From an uncultured Poribacteria bacterium (GTDB lineage Bacteria; Poribacteria; WGA-4E; WGA-3G), in NCBI GenBank assembly GCA_951813565.1, contig OX638351.1, forward strand, positions 224,001-288,000: a stretch of 64,000 nucleotides of DNA. Direction: 5' to 3'. The notes under the pieces were generated by a model. It did no database searches and was not told where the DNA came from. It saw nothing but the letters and a program-made list of their open reading frames with translations. Below, piece after piece: positions 1 to 10,782 of the stretch. The position numbers and the translations under genes were made by a program. Numbering within the stretch: position 1 is the first letter of the stretch; each line of letters begins with the position of its first letter.

Positions 1-447
1 ATCGTTGGTATGGAGGAAGGTTTTCTACCACATAAAAATTCGGTGAATTCAGAAGCGGAATTAGAGGAGGAACGTAGAGTCTGTTATGTTGGAATTACGC
101 GTGCGATGGAGCATCTTTACTTGGTGCATGCCCAGGCGCGTAGAACGTGGAGTGGTGCGGAATACAGAGTGCCCTCTCGTTTCATTGAAGAAATTTCGCC
201 GCATCTTATTCAGCACGTTGACCGTTATAACTCCCCGTTTTCTCAACCAGAAATTAGTTACGTTGAAGAGGAACAAGTTGATTTATACGCAATTGGTCAG
301 ATTGTCCACCACCCGAAATTTGGACGAGGAAAGGTAACGAAACTCAGCGAATCAGACTCGAGTACTTATGTAACAGTCCGATTTGACCGCCCTGGCGCTG
401 GATCAAAGCAATTTGATGCTGCGTTGGCGCAGCTGCAAGCAGTTTAA
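1..447 (+). CDS. pcrA: ATP-dependent DNA helicase PcrA/UvrD, C-terminal part (truncated by window)
   Basis: GMEEG.LPH, EEERR.CYVGITRA (motif VI), SRFIEEI, C-terminal Tudor-like HPKFGRG. Confidence 0.9.
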   Translation: MVGMEEGFLPHKNSVNSEAELEEERRVCYVGITRAMEHLYLVHAQARRTWSGAEYRVPSRFIEEISPHLIQHVDRYNSPFSQPEISYVEEEQVDLYAIGQIVHHPKFGRGKVTKLSESDSSTYVTVRFDRPGAGSKQFDAALAQLQAV

Positions 448-506
448 CAGTTTTAGTTTGAGGGCTTTATAAGCCCGATAGGAAAATAGAAAGGGTCTAA
501 AACTAT

Positions 507-803
507 ATGGCAACAATCACCACAGAAGGCGTTAGCCACGTCGCAAACTTGGCACGTCTTGAATTCAACGAGGAAGAAACAAAGAATTTCACTGAGCAAC
601 TTGCCAGAATCTTGGACTATATCGGCAAGTTGAATGAGTTAGACACGGATGATGTTCCACCGACATCACATATCCATCCGTTGCACAACATAACCAAAGC
701 AGATGTCGTCAAAACCTCGTTACCTCGCGATGCAGTTCTTGCAAACGCGCCGGAGCCTGAAGAAGGATATTTCGGCGTTCCCAGAGTAATTGATACGGCG
801 TAA
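507..803 (+). CDS. gatC: Asp/Glu-tRNA amidotransferase subunit C
   Basis: HVANLARL...LNELDTDDVPPT...NAPE..GYFGVPRV; upstream of gatA. Confidence 0.95.
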   Translation: MATITTEGVSHVANLARLEFNEEETKNFTEQLARILDYIGKLNELDTDDVPPTSHIHPLHNITKADVVKTSLPRDAVLANAPEPEEGYFGVPRVIDTA

Positions 804-817
804 GGAGCAGAAACTGA

Positions 818-2296
818 ATGTCGCTTTACCAATTGACTGCACACGAACTACACGACAAACTCAAGGCGCGTGAAATTAGTGCTGTAGAATTAACCGAATC
901 CGTTTATGAACGTATTGAGGCGGTTGAACCACAGGTCAAAGGTTATTTGACGTTGACCAAAGAGATTGCGTTGGAACAAGCGGGTGCTGCAGATACAGGA
1001 TTCCAAAATGGAAATGAGATGCCACCTCTCGCTGGAATTCCTATCGCGATTAAAGATGTGATATGCACCAAAGATGTGCGTACAACATGTGCCTCAAAAA
1101 TCCTAAGCAACTTTGTGCCACCTTACGATGCGACTGTCATGACAAAACTTCATCAGCAGGGTGCTGTAATGATCGGCAAAACAAACATGGACGAATTTGC
1201 GATGGGGTCGTCTACCGAAAATTCTGCATATCAGATTACACACAATCCGTGGGATTTGGAGACGATTCCCGGTGGGTCAAGTGGTGGATCAGCGGCGGTT
1301 GTGTCTGCGGGGGCGGCAATCTGCTCATTGGGTTCAGATACTGGTGGTTCTATTCGTCAACCTGCAGCGCTCTGTGGTGTGGTTGGTATGAAGCCGACTT
1401 ATGGACGTGTTTCTCGTTACGGTCTTGTGGCTTTTGCCTCATCGCTTGATCAAATCGGTCCATTTACGAAAGATGTGATGGATTGCGCGTTGGTTCTCAA
1501 CGCCATCTGTGGAAATGACGAAATGGATTCTACCTCCGTTGATGTTCCCGTGCCGGATTTTACACAGTGGCTCATCAACGATGTGAAGGGGTTGAAAATA
1601 GGTGTCCCAAAAGAGTATTTTGCTGAAGGTTTAGACACAGAGGTAGCGGATTGCGTGCATTCGGCTATTGATGCGTTGGAAAAACTTGGTGCATCTATTG
1701 AGGAAATTTCACTGCCGCATACCGAGTACGCCATCGCAACATATTATATTATCGCACCTGCGGAAGCAAGCGCAAACCTTGCGAGATACGACGGTGTCCG
1801 TTACGGATACCGCACTGAAGAACCCGCAGACTTGATCAATATGTATAAGAAAACCCGCAGCGAAGGTTTTGGGGAAGAGGTGAAACGGCGTATTATGCTC
1901 GGTACATTTGCACTGAGTGCCGGATATCAAGATGCGTATTATCGCAAGGCACAGAAGGCGCGGACATTGATAAAGTCCGATTTTGATGCTGCATTTGAAA
2001 AAGTTGATGTAATCGCGACGCCTACCTCACCGACACCCGCTTTTAAGATTGGTGAACGAACATCGGATCCGTTGCAGATGTACCTGTGTGATGTGATGAC
2101 AACACCAGCAAGTCATGCGGGATTACCGGGAATTTCTGTTCCGTGCGGTTTTGTCCAAAGCGGTCTCCCTGTCGGATTACAATTGCTGGCGGCACCTTTT
2201 GATGAGAAAACGCTTTTCCGTGTCAGTTACACTTTTGAACAGAACACCGATCACCATCTGCAAAAACCTGAATTATCAAATGCTAAAGGAAAATGA
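818..2296 (+). CDS. gatA: Asp/Glu-tRNA amidotransferase subunit A
   Basis: Amidase signature [31 protein letters not shown]. Confidence 0.97.
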   Translation: MSLYQLTAHELHDKLKAREISAVELTESVYERIEAVEPQVKGYLTLTKEIALEQAGAADTGFQNGNEMPPLAGIPIAIKDVICTKDVRTTCASKILSNFVPPYDATVMTKLHQQGAVMIGKTNMDEFAMGSSTENSAYQITHNPWDLETIPGGSSGGSAAVVSAGAAICSLGSDTGGSIRQPAALCGVVGMKPTYGRVSRYGLVAFASSLDQIGPFTKDVMDCALVLNAICGNDEMDSTSVDVPVPDFTQWLINDVKGLKIGVPKEYFAEGLDTEVADCVHSAIDALEKLGASIEEISLPHTEYAIATYYIIAPAEASANLARYDGVRYGYRTEEPADLINMYKKTRSEGFGEEVKRRIMLGTFALSAGYQDAYYRKAQKARTLIKSDFDAAFEKVDVIATPTSPTPAFKIGERTSDPLQMYLCDVMTTPASHAGLPGISVPCGFVQSGLPVGLQLLAAPFDEKTLFRVSYTFEQNTDHHLQKPELSNAKGK

Positions 2297-2796
2297 TGAA
2301 GATCATAATTGCTCCTTTAGGTGGACTCATTGGGGCGATATTAGGTGGAGTCCTCTGGGCAAAATATATTCAGTGGACAGGTAATACTGCAGGATTCGTT
2401 GCTATTGGTATCGGTTTATTCAGCGGCGTTGGGATGCTTTTCACTTGTTCGGGCACCATTGAACCTAATGAAAAAAAGCATTCGTTGATGGTTTCCATTG
2501 GTGCTGCTCTGTTTGCTCTAATCGGAATTTTTATTGGAAAGTATCTTGATGTTCAATGGAACGCGGTTTCAGAAATTAAAAAAAATTTAATGGCAAATGA
2601 GCCAGACCTCTCGGATGAGGCAGCCACGTTTATTGCTGAAACTCAGTATTCAGGAAAAACAAAATGGGAACACATGCAAGACCGAATGGACTGGTTTGAC
2701 CTACTCTTTGGTTCGATAGCAGTTGTTGTTGCTTTTTATATTGTCTTAAACCCATGGGTTCGAAGTATATTTTTTAAATTAAAAAGAAGCACGTAA
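2293..2796 (+). CDS. hypothetical membrane protein
   Basis: About 4 hydrophobic segments; overlaps the gatA stop. Confidence 0.75.
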   Translation: MMKIIIAPLGGLIGAILGGVLWAKYIQWTGNTAGFVAIGIGLFSGVGMLFTCSGTIEPNEKKHSLMVSIGAALFALIGIFIGKYLDVQWNAVSEIKKNLMANEPDLSDEAATFIAETQYSGKTKWEHMQDRMDWFDLLFGSIAVVVAFYIVLNPWVRSIFFKLKRST

Positions 2797-2830
2797 ATTT
2801 GTCATGTTATTTATTAAAATGGAGCAAAAA

Positions 2831-4249
2831 ATGAAAAAAAATAGTATTAATATCATGATTTTAACAGTTCTCATATCCGTTTTTCTTCCTTTAAGTTGGA
2901 ATTTTGCTGAGACTGAAAACGCGGAAGCAGGGAATGAAAAGTTATTAGAGAATCTCGCACTTTTTTCTGAAATATTGGCTTTTATTAAACAGGAACATCT
3001 TGATGAACCGGATTCTAAGGAACTGATGGAGGGGGCAATCAGGGGGATGCTCCGTACTTTGGACCCGTATAGCCAATTCATTCCTGACCTTATTGCATTC
3101 AACACACCGAATCGAGGGAATTACGGTGGCCTCGGTATGTATGTTGAGATGCAGGAAGGTATGATCACAGTACTTAGACCGTTCAAGGATAACCCAGCTG
3201 CACGTGCTGGGGTGCTAAACGGCGATATTATCATTGAGGTTGATGGAGAATCTACTGCAGCCATGACCTTGAGCGAAGTTGTTGATCTGCTGAAAGGTGA
3301 ACCCGGAACCTCTGTATCAATTACGCTTAAGCGCCCAAACGTGCGCCTTCCAATAGAAGTCACCATCACGCGGGAAGTTATTCGTGTCCCAAGCGTCAAA
3401 AAAGAAGTAATTGGCGATAACATTGGGTATATCAAAATCAATCAATTCCTTGAGACAACAGCAAACGACGTTGATAACGCTTTGGCAGAATTCAATGAGA
3501 ATAACGTCAACGGTATCATCCTTGATTTGCGCTCAAACCCAGGTGGACTTCTCGGTTCTGCTGTTGATATTGCGAGTGATTTTTTGGAACCTGATCAACT
3601 CGTTGTTTACAGCCAAGGGATTGAAGAGCGTAAAAACTTCCCTGCACAAGGAGAAGCAAGAGAAAAGCTTCCGCTGGTCGTTTTGGTTGACGGCGGAAGT
3701 GCGAGTGCTTCCGAGATTGTAGCAGGCGCGATAAAAGACCATAAAAGAGGGCTTATCATGGGTAGTAATACCTTTGGAAAAGCATCAGTACAAAAGGTAT
3801 TTCCACTCAGCGATTCAAAAGCTGGGGTAAAATTAACAATTGCTCGCTATTATACACCAAAAGGTGTAGATATTGACAAAATTGGTATTATTCCCGATGT
3901 AGAAACGTCATGGTTTAGCCGTTCTGAACAGCAGATGCAGTTAAAACTCCGCGATCACCAAAAACTAAAATCATTTGTTGAAGAGCACGGTGATGATGTC
4001 TTAGAAAAGTTATCGGCAGCTGAACATGCCTCGAGCGATGATCGGCAAGCTTCCAAACTTCTGCAATCCTATAGACGATTAAGTGATGCGCTGACCGAGG
4101 AGGAGCAGATTGTTCTCAGCGATATTGGGGTAAAGTATGCTATCGCTCGGCTTACCGAAAACATTAAGGATGAAATTGAGCATGACCCACAGGTTGTCAC
4201 TGCAGTTGAACAACTGAAGGTAATTAGGTTATTAACTGAAGGCAATTAG
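2831..4249 (+). CDS. ctpA: S41 family carboxyl-terminal processing protease (PDZ domain)
   Basis: LDPYS, DLRSNPGGLL, SASASEIVAGA, TFGKASVQ; signal peptide; GGAG at 2821 favours the 2831 start. Confidence 0.92.
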   Translation: MKKNSINIMILTVLISVFLPLSWNFAETENAEAGNEKLLENLALFSEILAFIKQEHLDEPDSKELMEGAIRGMLRTLDPYSQFIPDLIAFNTPNRGNYGGLGMYVEMQEGMITVLRPFKDNPAARAGVLNGDIIIEVDGESTAAMTLSEVVDLLKGEPGTSVSITLKRPNVRLPIEVTITREVIRVPSVKKEVIGDNIGYIKINQFLETTANDVDNALAEFNENNVNGIILDLRSNPGGLLGSAVDIASDFLEPDQLVVYSQGIEERKNFPAQGEAREKLPLVVLVDGGSASASEIVAGAIKDHKRGLIMGSNTFGKASVQKVFPLSDSKAGVKLTIARYYTPKGVDIDKIGIIPDVETSWFSRSEQQMQLKLRDHQKLKSFVEEHGDDVLEKLSAAEHASSDDRQASKLLQSYRRLSDALTEEEQIVLSDIGVKYAIARLTENIKDEIEHDPQVVTAVEQLKVIRLLTEGN

Positions 4250-4326
4250 GTTATTAGCACTCCCCGTCAAACCCCCTGCCTTTAGGTAGGGGATGTAGAC
4301 GGCTAAAAACTTGATAAAAAATATAT

Positions 4327-4355
4327 TTGACAATCTAATCAAAATATGGTATAAT
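4327..4355 (+). promoter_or_regulatory. sigma70 promoter of tnpA-tnpB
   Basis: TTGACA-17 bp-TATAAT with extended TG; perfect consensus. Confidence 0.75.
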
Positions 4356-4388
4356 ATATCATATACTGTAATGAAAAGGTAAGATATT

Positions 4389-4808
4389 ATGCCACTAAAA
4401 ATCGCTAATAAGAAACGTAATTACAAAACAAGCAACAGGACAGTCTATAGTTGCCAATATCACGTTATCTGGTGTACGAAGTATAGGCGTAAGGTTTTGG
4501 AGACACAAATACAAGGTAGACTGAAACAACTCATAGAAGAAAAACAAGACGAGTATGAGTATCAAATCCGTGAGGTTGAAACACAACCTGAACATGTCCA
4601 TTTGCTCATAGAAATCCCGCCAATGCATTCTATTGATAAAATCGTTGGAAAAATCAAAGGCTATACGGCTAAAGTTTTACGTGAAGAATACCCAAGTTTG
4701 AAAAGTCGTTTGCCCTCTCTTTGGACACGGAGCAAGTTTGTGAGTTCCTGTGGTGGTGTAACACTTCAAGTGATAAAAGACTATATTGAAGGTCAAAGTG
4801 GACAATGA
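4389..4808 (+). CDS. tnpA: IS200/IS605 Y1 HUH transposase TnpA
   Basis: YHVIWCTKYRRKVL, HVH (HUH), LWTRS, YIEGQ catalytic Tyr. Confidence 0.96.
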   Translation: MPLKIANKKRNYKTSNRTVYSCQYHVIWCTKYRRKVLETQIQGRLKQLIEEKQDEYEYQIREVETQPEHVHLLIEIPPMHSIDKIVGKIKGYTAKVLREEYPSLKSRLPSLWTRSKFVSSCGGVTLQVIKDYIEGQSGQ

Positions 4809-5917
4809 GAAAAGCTCACAAGTTCAAACTTCAACACCAATCTAACACAATCAAACTTGGTAATATGCTTGATGATATGTGGCAAATCCATGTGCATATC
4901 ATGCGTTTGGCACGTAGGTATTATCGCATGTTCGGCAAAAATTTGTCTGCGTATCGTCTGAAGGCACATGTTGCGAAACTCAAAAAGCGGACAAAACCGC
5001 ATTGGGCAGACTTGCCGAGTCAAGTTGTGCAAGACGTTGTCCTACGTTATGGTAAATCACAAGACGCATTTTTCCAAAATATAGCAAGCCGCAAATCAGG
5101 TAAAACAACGCGTAAAGTGGGTAGACCGAAAATCAAACCGAGACACAAATACAACTCCATGACCTTCACACAAGCGGGCTACAAACTTGAAGGGAACCGT
5201 ATCAAAATCAACTGTATAGATACATGGTTTTCCTACCACAAACACCGTGATTTCAAAGGAACTATCAAGACAATCACAATCAAACGTGACAGGTGCGGTG
5301 ACTATTGGATATGCTTTTCGTGCGAGAATGTTGACGATCCCGAACCCAAACCCAAGACAGGTAAGAGCGCAGGATTTGATTACGGAAACAAAACATTCCT
5401 CACAAGCGACGAAGGGGACACAATAGAATCCCCGCAGTTTTTCAAACAATCACTCAACACGTTGCGATCTCTCAACAAAGCACTCAGTCGTAAAGTCAAA
5501 GGTTCTAACAACTATTATCGTGCGTGCCGTGCTTTAGCAAGACAACACAGAAAAGTTGCCAGACAAAGAGAAGATTGGCAGTGGAAACTGACTGACCAAC
5601 TTTGCACGGAGTTTGATACACTCTACTTTGAAACTTTGAACCTTGATGGTATGAAACGGCTTTGGGGACGTAAAGTTTCTGACCATTCTTTCTACCAGTT
5701 TCTTCAGATATTGGAACAGAAGTGTGCGAAGCACGGCAAAAAACTTGTGCAAATCTCGCAATGGATAGCAACAACAAAACCTTGTAGTGATTGTGGATAC
5801 CATAACAAAGAACTCTCTCTTTCTGATAGGCAGTGGACCTGTTCCGAATGTGGTTCACACCACGACAGAGACACCAACGCTGCTATCAATATCAAACGGG
5901 CAGGCTTGGCTGCCTAA
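4805..5917 (+). CDS. tnpB: RNA-guided endonuclease TnpB
   Basis: RuvC GFDYG / FETL / DRDTNAA; Zn finger CSDC..CSEC; all catalytic acidic residues present. Confidence 0.95.
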   Translation: MRKAHKFKLQHQSNTIKLGNMLDDMWQIHVHIMRLARRYYRMFGKNLSAYRLKAHVAKLKKRTKPHWADLPSQVVQDVVLRYGKSQDAFFQNIASRKSGKTTRKVGRPKIKPRHKYNSMTFTQAGYKLEGNRIKINCIDTWFSYHKHRDFKGTIKTITIKRDRCGDYWICFSCENVDDPEPKPKTGKSAGFDYGNKTFLTSDEGDTIESPQFFKQSLNTLRSLNKALSRKVKGSNNYYRACRALARQHRKVARQREDWQWKLTDQLCTEFDTLYFETLNLDGMKRLWGRKVSDHSFYQFLQILEQKCAKHGKKLVQISQWIATTKPCSDCGYHNKELSLSDRQWTCSECGSHHDRDTNAAINIKRAGLAA

Positions 5918-6029
5918 AGTGGAGCGACAATAAGACGGTGGACGCTAAGCGAAAACCGCAGTCGCAAGGAAGCACAAGCCCCTACCTTTAGGTAGTGGGT
6001 ACCTATGACGTGGGCAGAACTAATCGATT
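5894..6029 (+). ncRNA. predicted TnpB omegaRNA (scaffold to 6009, guide from the 3' flank)
   Basis: Position over the tnpB 3' end and right end matches known TnpB reRNA layout; 5894-6009 is the block retained in the mini-element. Confidence 0.7.
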
Positions 6030-6133
6030 AACTAATGGTTAAGGAATGTATTTACTGACAAATTAAAATCGACAAGAGGATGACTCAAGACTGATAGATA
6101 TAGTTGCTGTCCTCTGGCTCCTAAATCGGGAAT

Positions 6134-7594
6134 TTGATGAACCAACAAAAGCCAATCCTGAATTATATTAACAATGCATGGCACGAATCTGCGGCAGTCA
6201 ATCTACTTGATGTTACAAATCCAGCTACTGGTGAGGTTTTGACACAAGTCCCGTTGTCACCAGCTGATGAAGTGCATCAAGCTGCAGCTGTTGCCGCATC
6301 TGCCCTTGACGACTGGCGCCGCACCCCACCTGTCCAGCGTATTCAATACCTATTTAAATTAAAAAACCTTTTAGAAGAAAACATAGACGACATCGCACAA
6401 ACTATTACGATGGAGTGTGGGAAGACACTTGCCGAAGCGAAAGGCGAAATGCGGCGCGCTATAGAAAACGTTGAGGTCGCATGCGGCATTCCTACGTTGA
6501 TGCAAGGCACAAATTTGGAAGACATCGCTACCGGTATTGATGAATTTATGGTCCGTCAACCTGTCGGTGTCTGTGCGGTAATTGCCCCGTTCAATTTTCC
6601 TGGAATGATAACTTTCTGGTTTCTTCCGTATGCCATCGCTTGTGGGAATACCTACATTGTCAAACCATCTGAAAAAGTGCCGCTTACCATGCAGAAGATA
6701 TTCCAACTCCTTGAACAGACAGGACTTCCGCAAGGTGTTGTCAATCTCGTTAACGGTGGGCAGGAGACTGTGAATGCAATCTTGGAACACCCTGAGATCC
6801 GTGCTATCAGTTTTGTTGGGTCGACTGCTACTGCGAAAGCGATCTATGCTAAAGCTGCCGCGAATGGAAAGCGTGTTCAGTGTCAAGGTGGCGCGAAAAA
6901 TCCGTTGATTGTCTTACCAGATGCTGATCCGCAGTTTACTGTCAATGCTACTGCTGATAGTGCGTTTGGATGTGCTGGGCAGCGATGCCTCGCAGCATCC
7001 CTTGCTTTTGCTGTTGGAGGCGCACGGGATTGGTTTCCAAAAGCTATTAGCGACATTGCCACGGACAGAGTTGTAGGAAACGGATTAGAAGAAGGTGTGC
7101 AGATGGGACCCGTTATTACAGATGAAAGCAGGAAGCGAATTGAAGGAGTAATTCAGACAGGCATAGATGCCGGAGCAAGGGTTCTCGTTGATGGCAGATA
7201 TCCTAATATCCATGGTGGTGAAAACGGCAATTTCATTCGCCCGACCGTTCTTGGTAATATTGACCCGGATGGTGAGATTGCACAGACCGAAATCTTCGGT
7301 CCTGTTTTGGGACTTATCCATGTTGAAACGATTGACGATGCGATTGCACTTATCAACAGTGGCAGTTATGGTAATATGGCGTGTCTTTTTACAAGCAGCG
7401 GTGCATCTGCGCGCAAGTTTCGTTATGAAGCACAGATAGGGAACATCGGTATTAACATCGGTGTCGCTGCACCAATGGCGTTCTTCCCATTTAGCGGTTG
7501 GAAAGACAGCTTCTTTGGAGATTTGCACGGGCAGAGCTGGGATGCTGTTGATTTCTTCACGCAGAAAAAGGTTGTTGTAGAGAGATGGAATTAG
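6134..7594 (+). CDS. mmsA: CoA-acylating methylmalonate-semialdehyde dehydrogenase (MmsA/IolA)
   Basis: [48 protein letters not shown]. Confidence 0.92.
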   Translation: MMNQQKPILNYINNAWHESAAVNLLDVTNPATGEVLTQVPLSPADEVHQAAAVAASALDDWRRTPPVQRIQYLFKLKNLLEENIDDIAQTITMECGKTLAEAKGEMRRAIENVEVACGIPTLMQGTNLEDIATGIDEFMVRQPVGVCAVIAPFNFPGMITFWFLPYAIACGNTYIVKPSEKVPLTMQKIFQLLEQTGLPQGVVNLVNGGQETVNAILEHPEIRAISFVGSTATAKAIYAKAAANGKRVQCQGGAKNPLIVLPDADPQFTVNATADSAFGCAGQRCLAASLAFAVGGARDWFPKAISDIATDRVVGNGLEEGVQMGPVITDESRKRIEGVIQTGIDAGARVLVDGRYPNIHGGENGNFIRPTVLGNIDPDGEIAQTEIFGPVLGLIHVETIDDAIALINSGSYGNMACLFTSSGASARKFRYEAQIGNIGINIGVAAPMAFFPFSGWKDSFFGDLHGQSWDAVDFFTQKKVVVERWN

Positions 7595-7650
7595 CACACA
7601 ATAGAATGGTCAGCATTTACGTTTTGCATCATAACTTTGGAACCAACTAA

Positions 7651-7814
7651 TACCATTTCTGAATGATGACTTTTCATTAACAAAAACGTGTTTGTAGTCG
7701 CGCAATTCATTGCCAAATCAACGCCAAATACGCGTATGGTATTTGTCGCCTCGGACATTCAACATACGGCAAATTCAAATCTCTATAGTGCTATTTTATT
7801 TATCAGAATTGGTA
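7651..7814. mobile_element. MITE (TA-flanked, TACCATTTCTG...CAGAATTGGTA) containing a REP and a micro-hairpin insertion
   Basis: Terminal inverted repeats; related copy at 30760-30872. Confidence 0.7.
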
Positions 7815-7819
7815 TAAAA

Positions 7820-8788
7820 ATGAAAGCAAGATCAAGCACATCACTACTCATCTCATTTGCTTTACATCTCATCGTTGGCGTAATTGGCTTCTTTTTTTGG
7901 TTTAACGTAGCGCCGAGTCGACATGCAGACAATATTGATGCGATTTTCACTACTGTGGAAGAACCGAAAACGAAGCGGATAACACCACCAAAACGCCAGC
8001 AAATTCGTAAACAAACAGAGCAGAGTACGAATCAACCGAACATGAAGATATTAACAAGCAACCAGCCTGTAACACACCGAGGTGTTGTGTCTGCTGCTGA
8101 ACCGACTGCGTTTGAACCTTTTGAAAAAGTCCATTTAGGTGAAGGTATCGCCCCTGGTCCCACTTCTATCAAACTCAAAGGTGTGCCCCGTATACAGAGA
8201 GGTGTTGAACGTCCTGTTAAGAAACAGCAGAAGGCTCCTGAACGTATTAAGAGTCGGTTGGTTAAGTTTATTGAGGCACAAGAGGGACCGCAACGAATTG
8301 TCTATTGTGTTGACCTGTCTGCCAGCATGCAGAACTTGGCAGATCGGAAACTTAAAAGGATTGTGGACACTATGCGAGATTCGCTGACGTTCCTTGAACC
8401 GCACGATAGTTTTAACATCGTTGCTTTTAGTACCGAATTAGTTGTCTATCAAGATAAGTTTGTGCCTGTGGCGGAAGATACAGTTGAAGTTTCCTCAGCG
8501 TATTTAGCAGACATTAAATCACATATTCGGACAAAAGGCACCGACCATGACATGCTTACAGTATTGACAGAGACTGCCAAATCAGCACCGACAATTGTTG
8601 TTCTTTTTAGCGATGGAATTCCGACGAGTATTACGACACCAGACCTTACGTTGGTAGGTGAACACGCAAAAGGTAACGGAAAGATTTTCGCGATGGGCAT
8701 CGGCATGGCACCAAATTTTCCCGGTGCGGTGATGCTAAAGCAGCTAAGTATTGTTAGTAAGGGAGATTTTTGGCTTGTTGATAGATAA
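7820..8788 (+). CDS. membrane-anchored VWA-domain protein
   Basis: N-terminal TM SFALH; MIDAS DLSASM; VLFSDG; the ORF-track upstream extension lies in the MITE. Confidence 0.8.
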   Translation: MKARSSTSLLISFALHLIVGVIGFFFWFNVAPSRHADNIDAIFTTVEEPKTKRITPPKRQQIRKQTEQSTNQPNMKILTSNQPVTHRGVVSAAEPTAFEPFEKVHLGEGIAPGPTSIKLKGVPRIQRGVERPVKKQQKAPERIKSRLVKFIEAQEGPQRIVYCVDLSASMQNLADRKLKRIVDTMRDSLTFLEPHDSFNIVAFSTELVVYQDKFVPVAEDTVEVSSAYLADIKSHIRTKGTDHDMLTVLTETAKSAPTIVVLFSDGIPTSITTPDLTLVGEHAKGNGKIFAMGIGMAPNFPGAVMLKQLSIVSKGDFWLVDR

Positions 8789-8828
8789 AGTGTCAAGTTA
8801 GAAATGTTCAGCCAAAAAGGAAAACTGC

Positions 8829-10652
8829 ATGCAGGAAACCCGTTTTAAGCGTGCCGAAGAAATTTCTAAAGGTTTATTTCCACATCAAGTAGAAGGTATT
8901 GCATTTCTTTTGGGTCGCCGTCGTGCCCTTCTTGCCGATGATATGGGGTTAGGCAAAACTCGCCAGTCCATCATCGCAATGGTTGAGGCGGAACCGAAAG
9001 GCCCCTATCTTGTCATCTGTCCTGCCTCTATCAAACGTAATTGGGCACGCGAAATCGAAATCGTATTTCCAGATGCTGAACCAGCCATCGTTGGTCCTGC
9101 TCCACTCCCCTCCACAGATTATAGCGGTTGGGTTATCATCAATTATGAAATCCTCGGTAAAAATCTTGACAAACTGCTTGAATTTGACTGGAAGGGTGTT
9201 GTTTTTGACGAAGCTCACTACCTGAAAAATTATCAGAGTCAGCGGAGTCGTAACGGTGCTAAACTTGTTGAATCAATTGAGAATGATCCAGTAGTTCATG
9301 CCTTAACTGGCACCCCGATGACAAGTCGTCCCCGCGATCTTTTCCCCTTGTTGCAAATTCTGAACCATCCGCTTGGAAAGAGTTTTCTCAGTTTTGCTAA
9401 ACGTTATTGTGAAGCATATCAGGGAGATTTCGGGTTAGTGGCAGATGGTGCCAGTAATCTTGAGGAGTTAACCGTACAACTACACGGTGTTATGCTGCGC
9501 CGTACAAAAGATGAGGTGTTAGACCTTCCACCTAAAGTACGAACATGGATGGACGTTGAAATGCACCCTTTTGCAATCCAGCACTACAATCGATTAGTAC
9601 AAGAATTCTTATCTAAATTTGAGACTCCAGAAGCCATTGGTGGATTACCAGAATCTCTTGGTCTATCAGCAGAATCCCGCGAAGAATTAGATGAATCAAT
9701 AGATACTACGGATTTAGGAACTGGCATGGGTAGGATAACCCAAGTGCGCCGAGCAATCGCGTTTGTTAAGTGCCGCCACACTATTAAATTTGTGGAAAAT
9801 GCTTTGGAACAGGGTGAAAAGGTAATTATCTTCACATCGTTCCTCAATACGATGCAACGTTTCCGACAGCATTTCAAGGATAGAGCGGTTTATGTATCTG
9901 GTGAAGTGCCAGCGAACCAAAGACAGGACAGAGTTGATCGGTTTCAAAACGATGATAACATCAGATTATTTGTAGCCAACATGCACATCGCAGGAGTCGG
10001 TATAAATCTGACTGCTGCACGGCAGGTTGTGTTCAACGACTTGGATTGGGTTCCTGCTAACCATTGGCAAGCGGAGGATCGCGCTTACCGCATCGGGCAA
10101 ACCGGGACTGTCAACGTTACCTATATGATTGCGAATGGCACGGTAGATTCGTTTGTTAAGACAGTGTTAGAAACAAAAGCGGCATTGATGGACGCTATCG
10201 TTGAAGGCTCAATTATGGTGCCGGGTGGAGAGGCTGCGCTTCAGTTGGATGTTCTTAGTGAACTCAAACGAATGATGAATGCGTTGTCTGTTCAACCCAA
10301 TAAAATTGAGGAATCCAATATCCATGACGTGCTTCAAAAAGCAGGTGATGTATATCTTGAAGAGAACACCTCACATTTACAAGAAGCAACCCGTAAGCAA
10401 CTCCGTCCGTATTCTGAAGAAGCCATCCGTGTTTTAGCGCAAGTGCTCTCCGGTCCACAACGAACCGTATATCATGCCGAAAGTTCATCACAAAAGGGTA
10501 AGTTTTACACGTTGGAGGTAGTCGGAGCAGATATAACATGCGATTGTCCAGGATTTACCCATCGTGGTAGCTGCCGACATGTCCGCCCACTTAAATCTGC
10601 GCTTGTTGCTGGAAAACCTTTGCCTAAAGGTTATAAGGAAGTTTCATCTTAG
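8829..10652 (+). CDS. SNF2-family helicase with C-terminal SWIM zinc finger
   Basis: LADDMGLGKT, DEAH, LTGTP, QAEDRAYRIGQ, CDCPGFTHRGSCRH. Confidence 0.9.
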   Translation: MQETRFKRAEEISKGLFPHQVEGIAFLLGRRRALLADDMGLGKTRQSIIAMVEAEPKGPYLVICPASIKRNWAREIEIVFPDAEPAIVGPAPLPSTDYSGWVIINYEILGKNLDKLLEFDWKGVVFDEAHYLKNYQSQRSRNGAKLVESIENDPVVHALTGTPMTSRPRDLFPLLQILNHPLGKSFLSFAKRYCEAYQGDFGLVADGASNLEELTVQLHGVMLRRTKDEVLDLPPKVRTWMDVEMHPFAIQHYNRLVQEFLSKFETPEAIGGLPESLGLSAESREELDESIDTTDLGTGMGRITQVRRAIAFVKCRHTIKFVENALEQGEKVIIFTSFLNTMQRFRQHFKDRAVYVSGEVPANQRQDRVDRFQNDDNIRLFVANMHIAGVGINLTAARQVVFNDLDWVPANHWQAEDRAYRIGQTGTVNVTYMIANGTVDSFVKTVLETKAALMDAIVEGSIMVPGGEAALQLDVLSELKRMMNALSVQPNKIEESNIHDVLQKAGDVYLEENTSHLQEATRKQLRPYSEEAIRVLAQVLSGPQRTVYHAESSSQKGKFYTLEVVGADITCDCPGFTHRGSCRHVRPLKSALVAGKPLPKGYKEVSS

Positions 10653-10782
10653 TGCCTCGTCAAGTGATAATTGATGGGTCTTGAAAGTAGTCGGGCATCG
10701 GAGTTCCCTCCTACCATAAGCGTTCCATCGGTAGGAACGATCTCCGAATCGTGACGGACAATAATATGTTGACAAAGCATTA
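10650..10782. mobile_element. MITE-like element (TAGTGCCTCGTCAA...TTGACAAAGCATTA) with an internal REP pair
   Basis: Imperfect terminal inverted repeats. Confidence 0.5.

Larger units (their letters stand above)
4258..6009 (+). mobile_element. IS200/IS605-family element (tnpA + tnpB), apparently intact
   Basis: Left-end hairpin CCCCTGCC-TTTA-GGTAGGGG; right-end hairpin CTACC-TTTA-GGTAG ending ...CTATGAC; ends defined by comparison with the derivative at 23009-23417. Confidence 0.92.

Noticed and set aside
507..2296. gatCA without gatB, and recX-alaS without recA
   Set aside because: Split operons are common and the partners may lie outside the window.
6343..7597. Antisense and alternate-frame ORFs overlapping well-supported genes (here and throughout)
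   Set aside because: They are shadow ORFs with no motifs or RBS.
7688..7819. ORF-track N-terminal extension of the VWA protein (similarly 27501-27599)
   Set aside because: The extensions run through MITE/REP sequence; the TM or signal-peptide starts are downstream.
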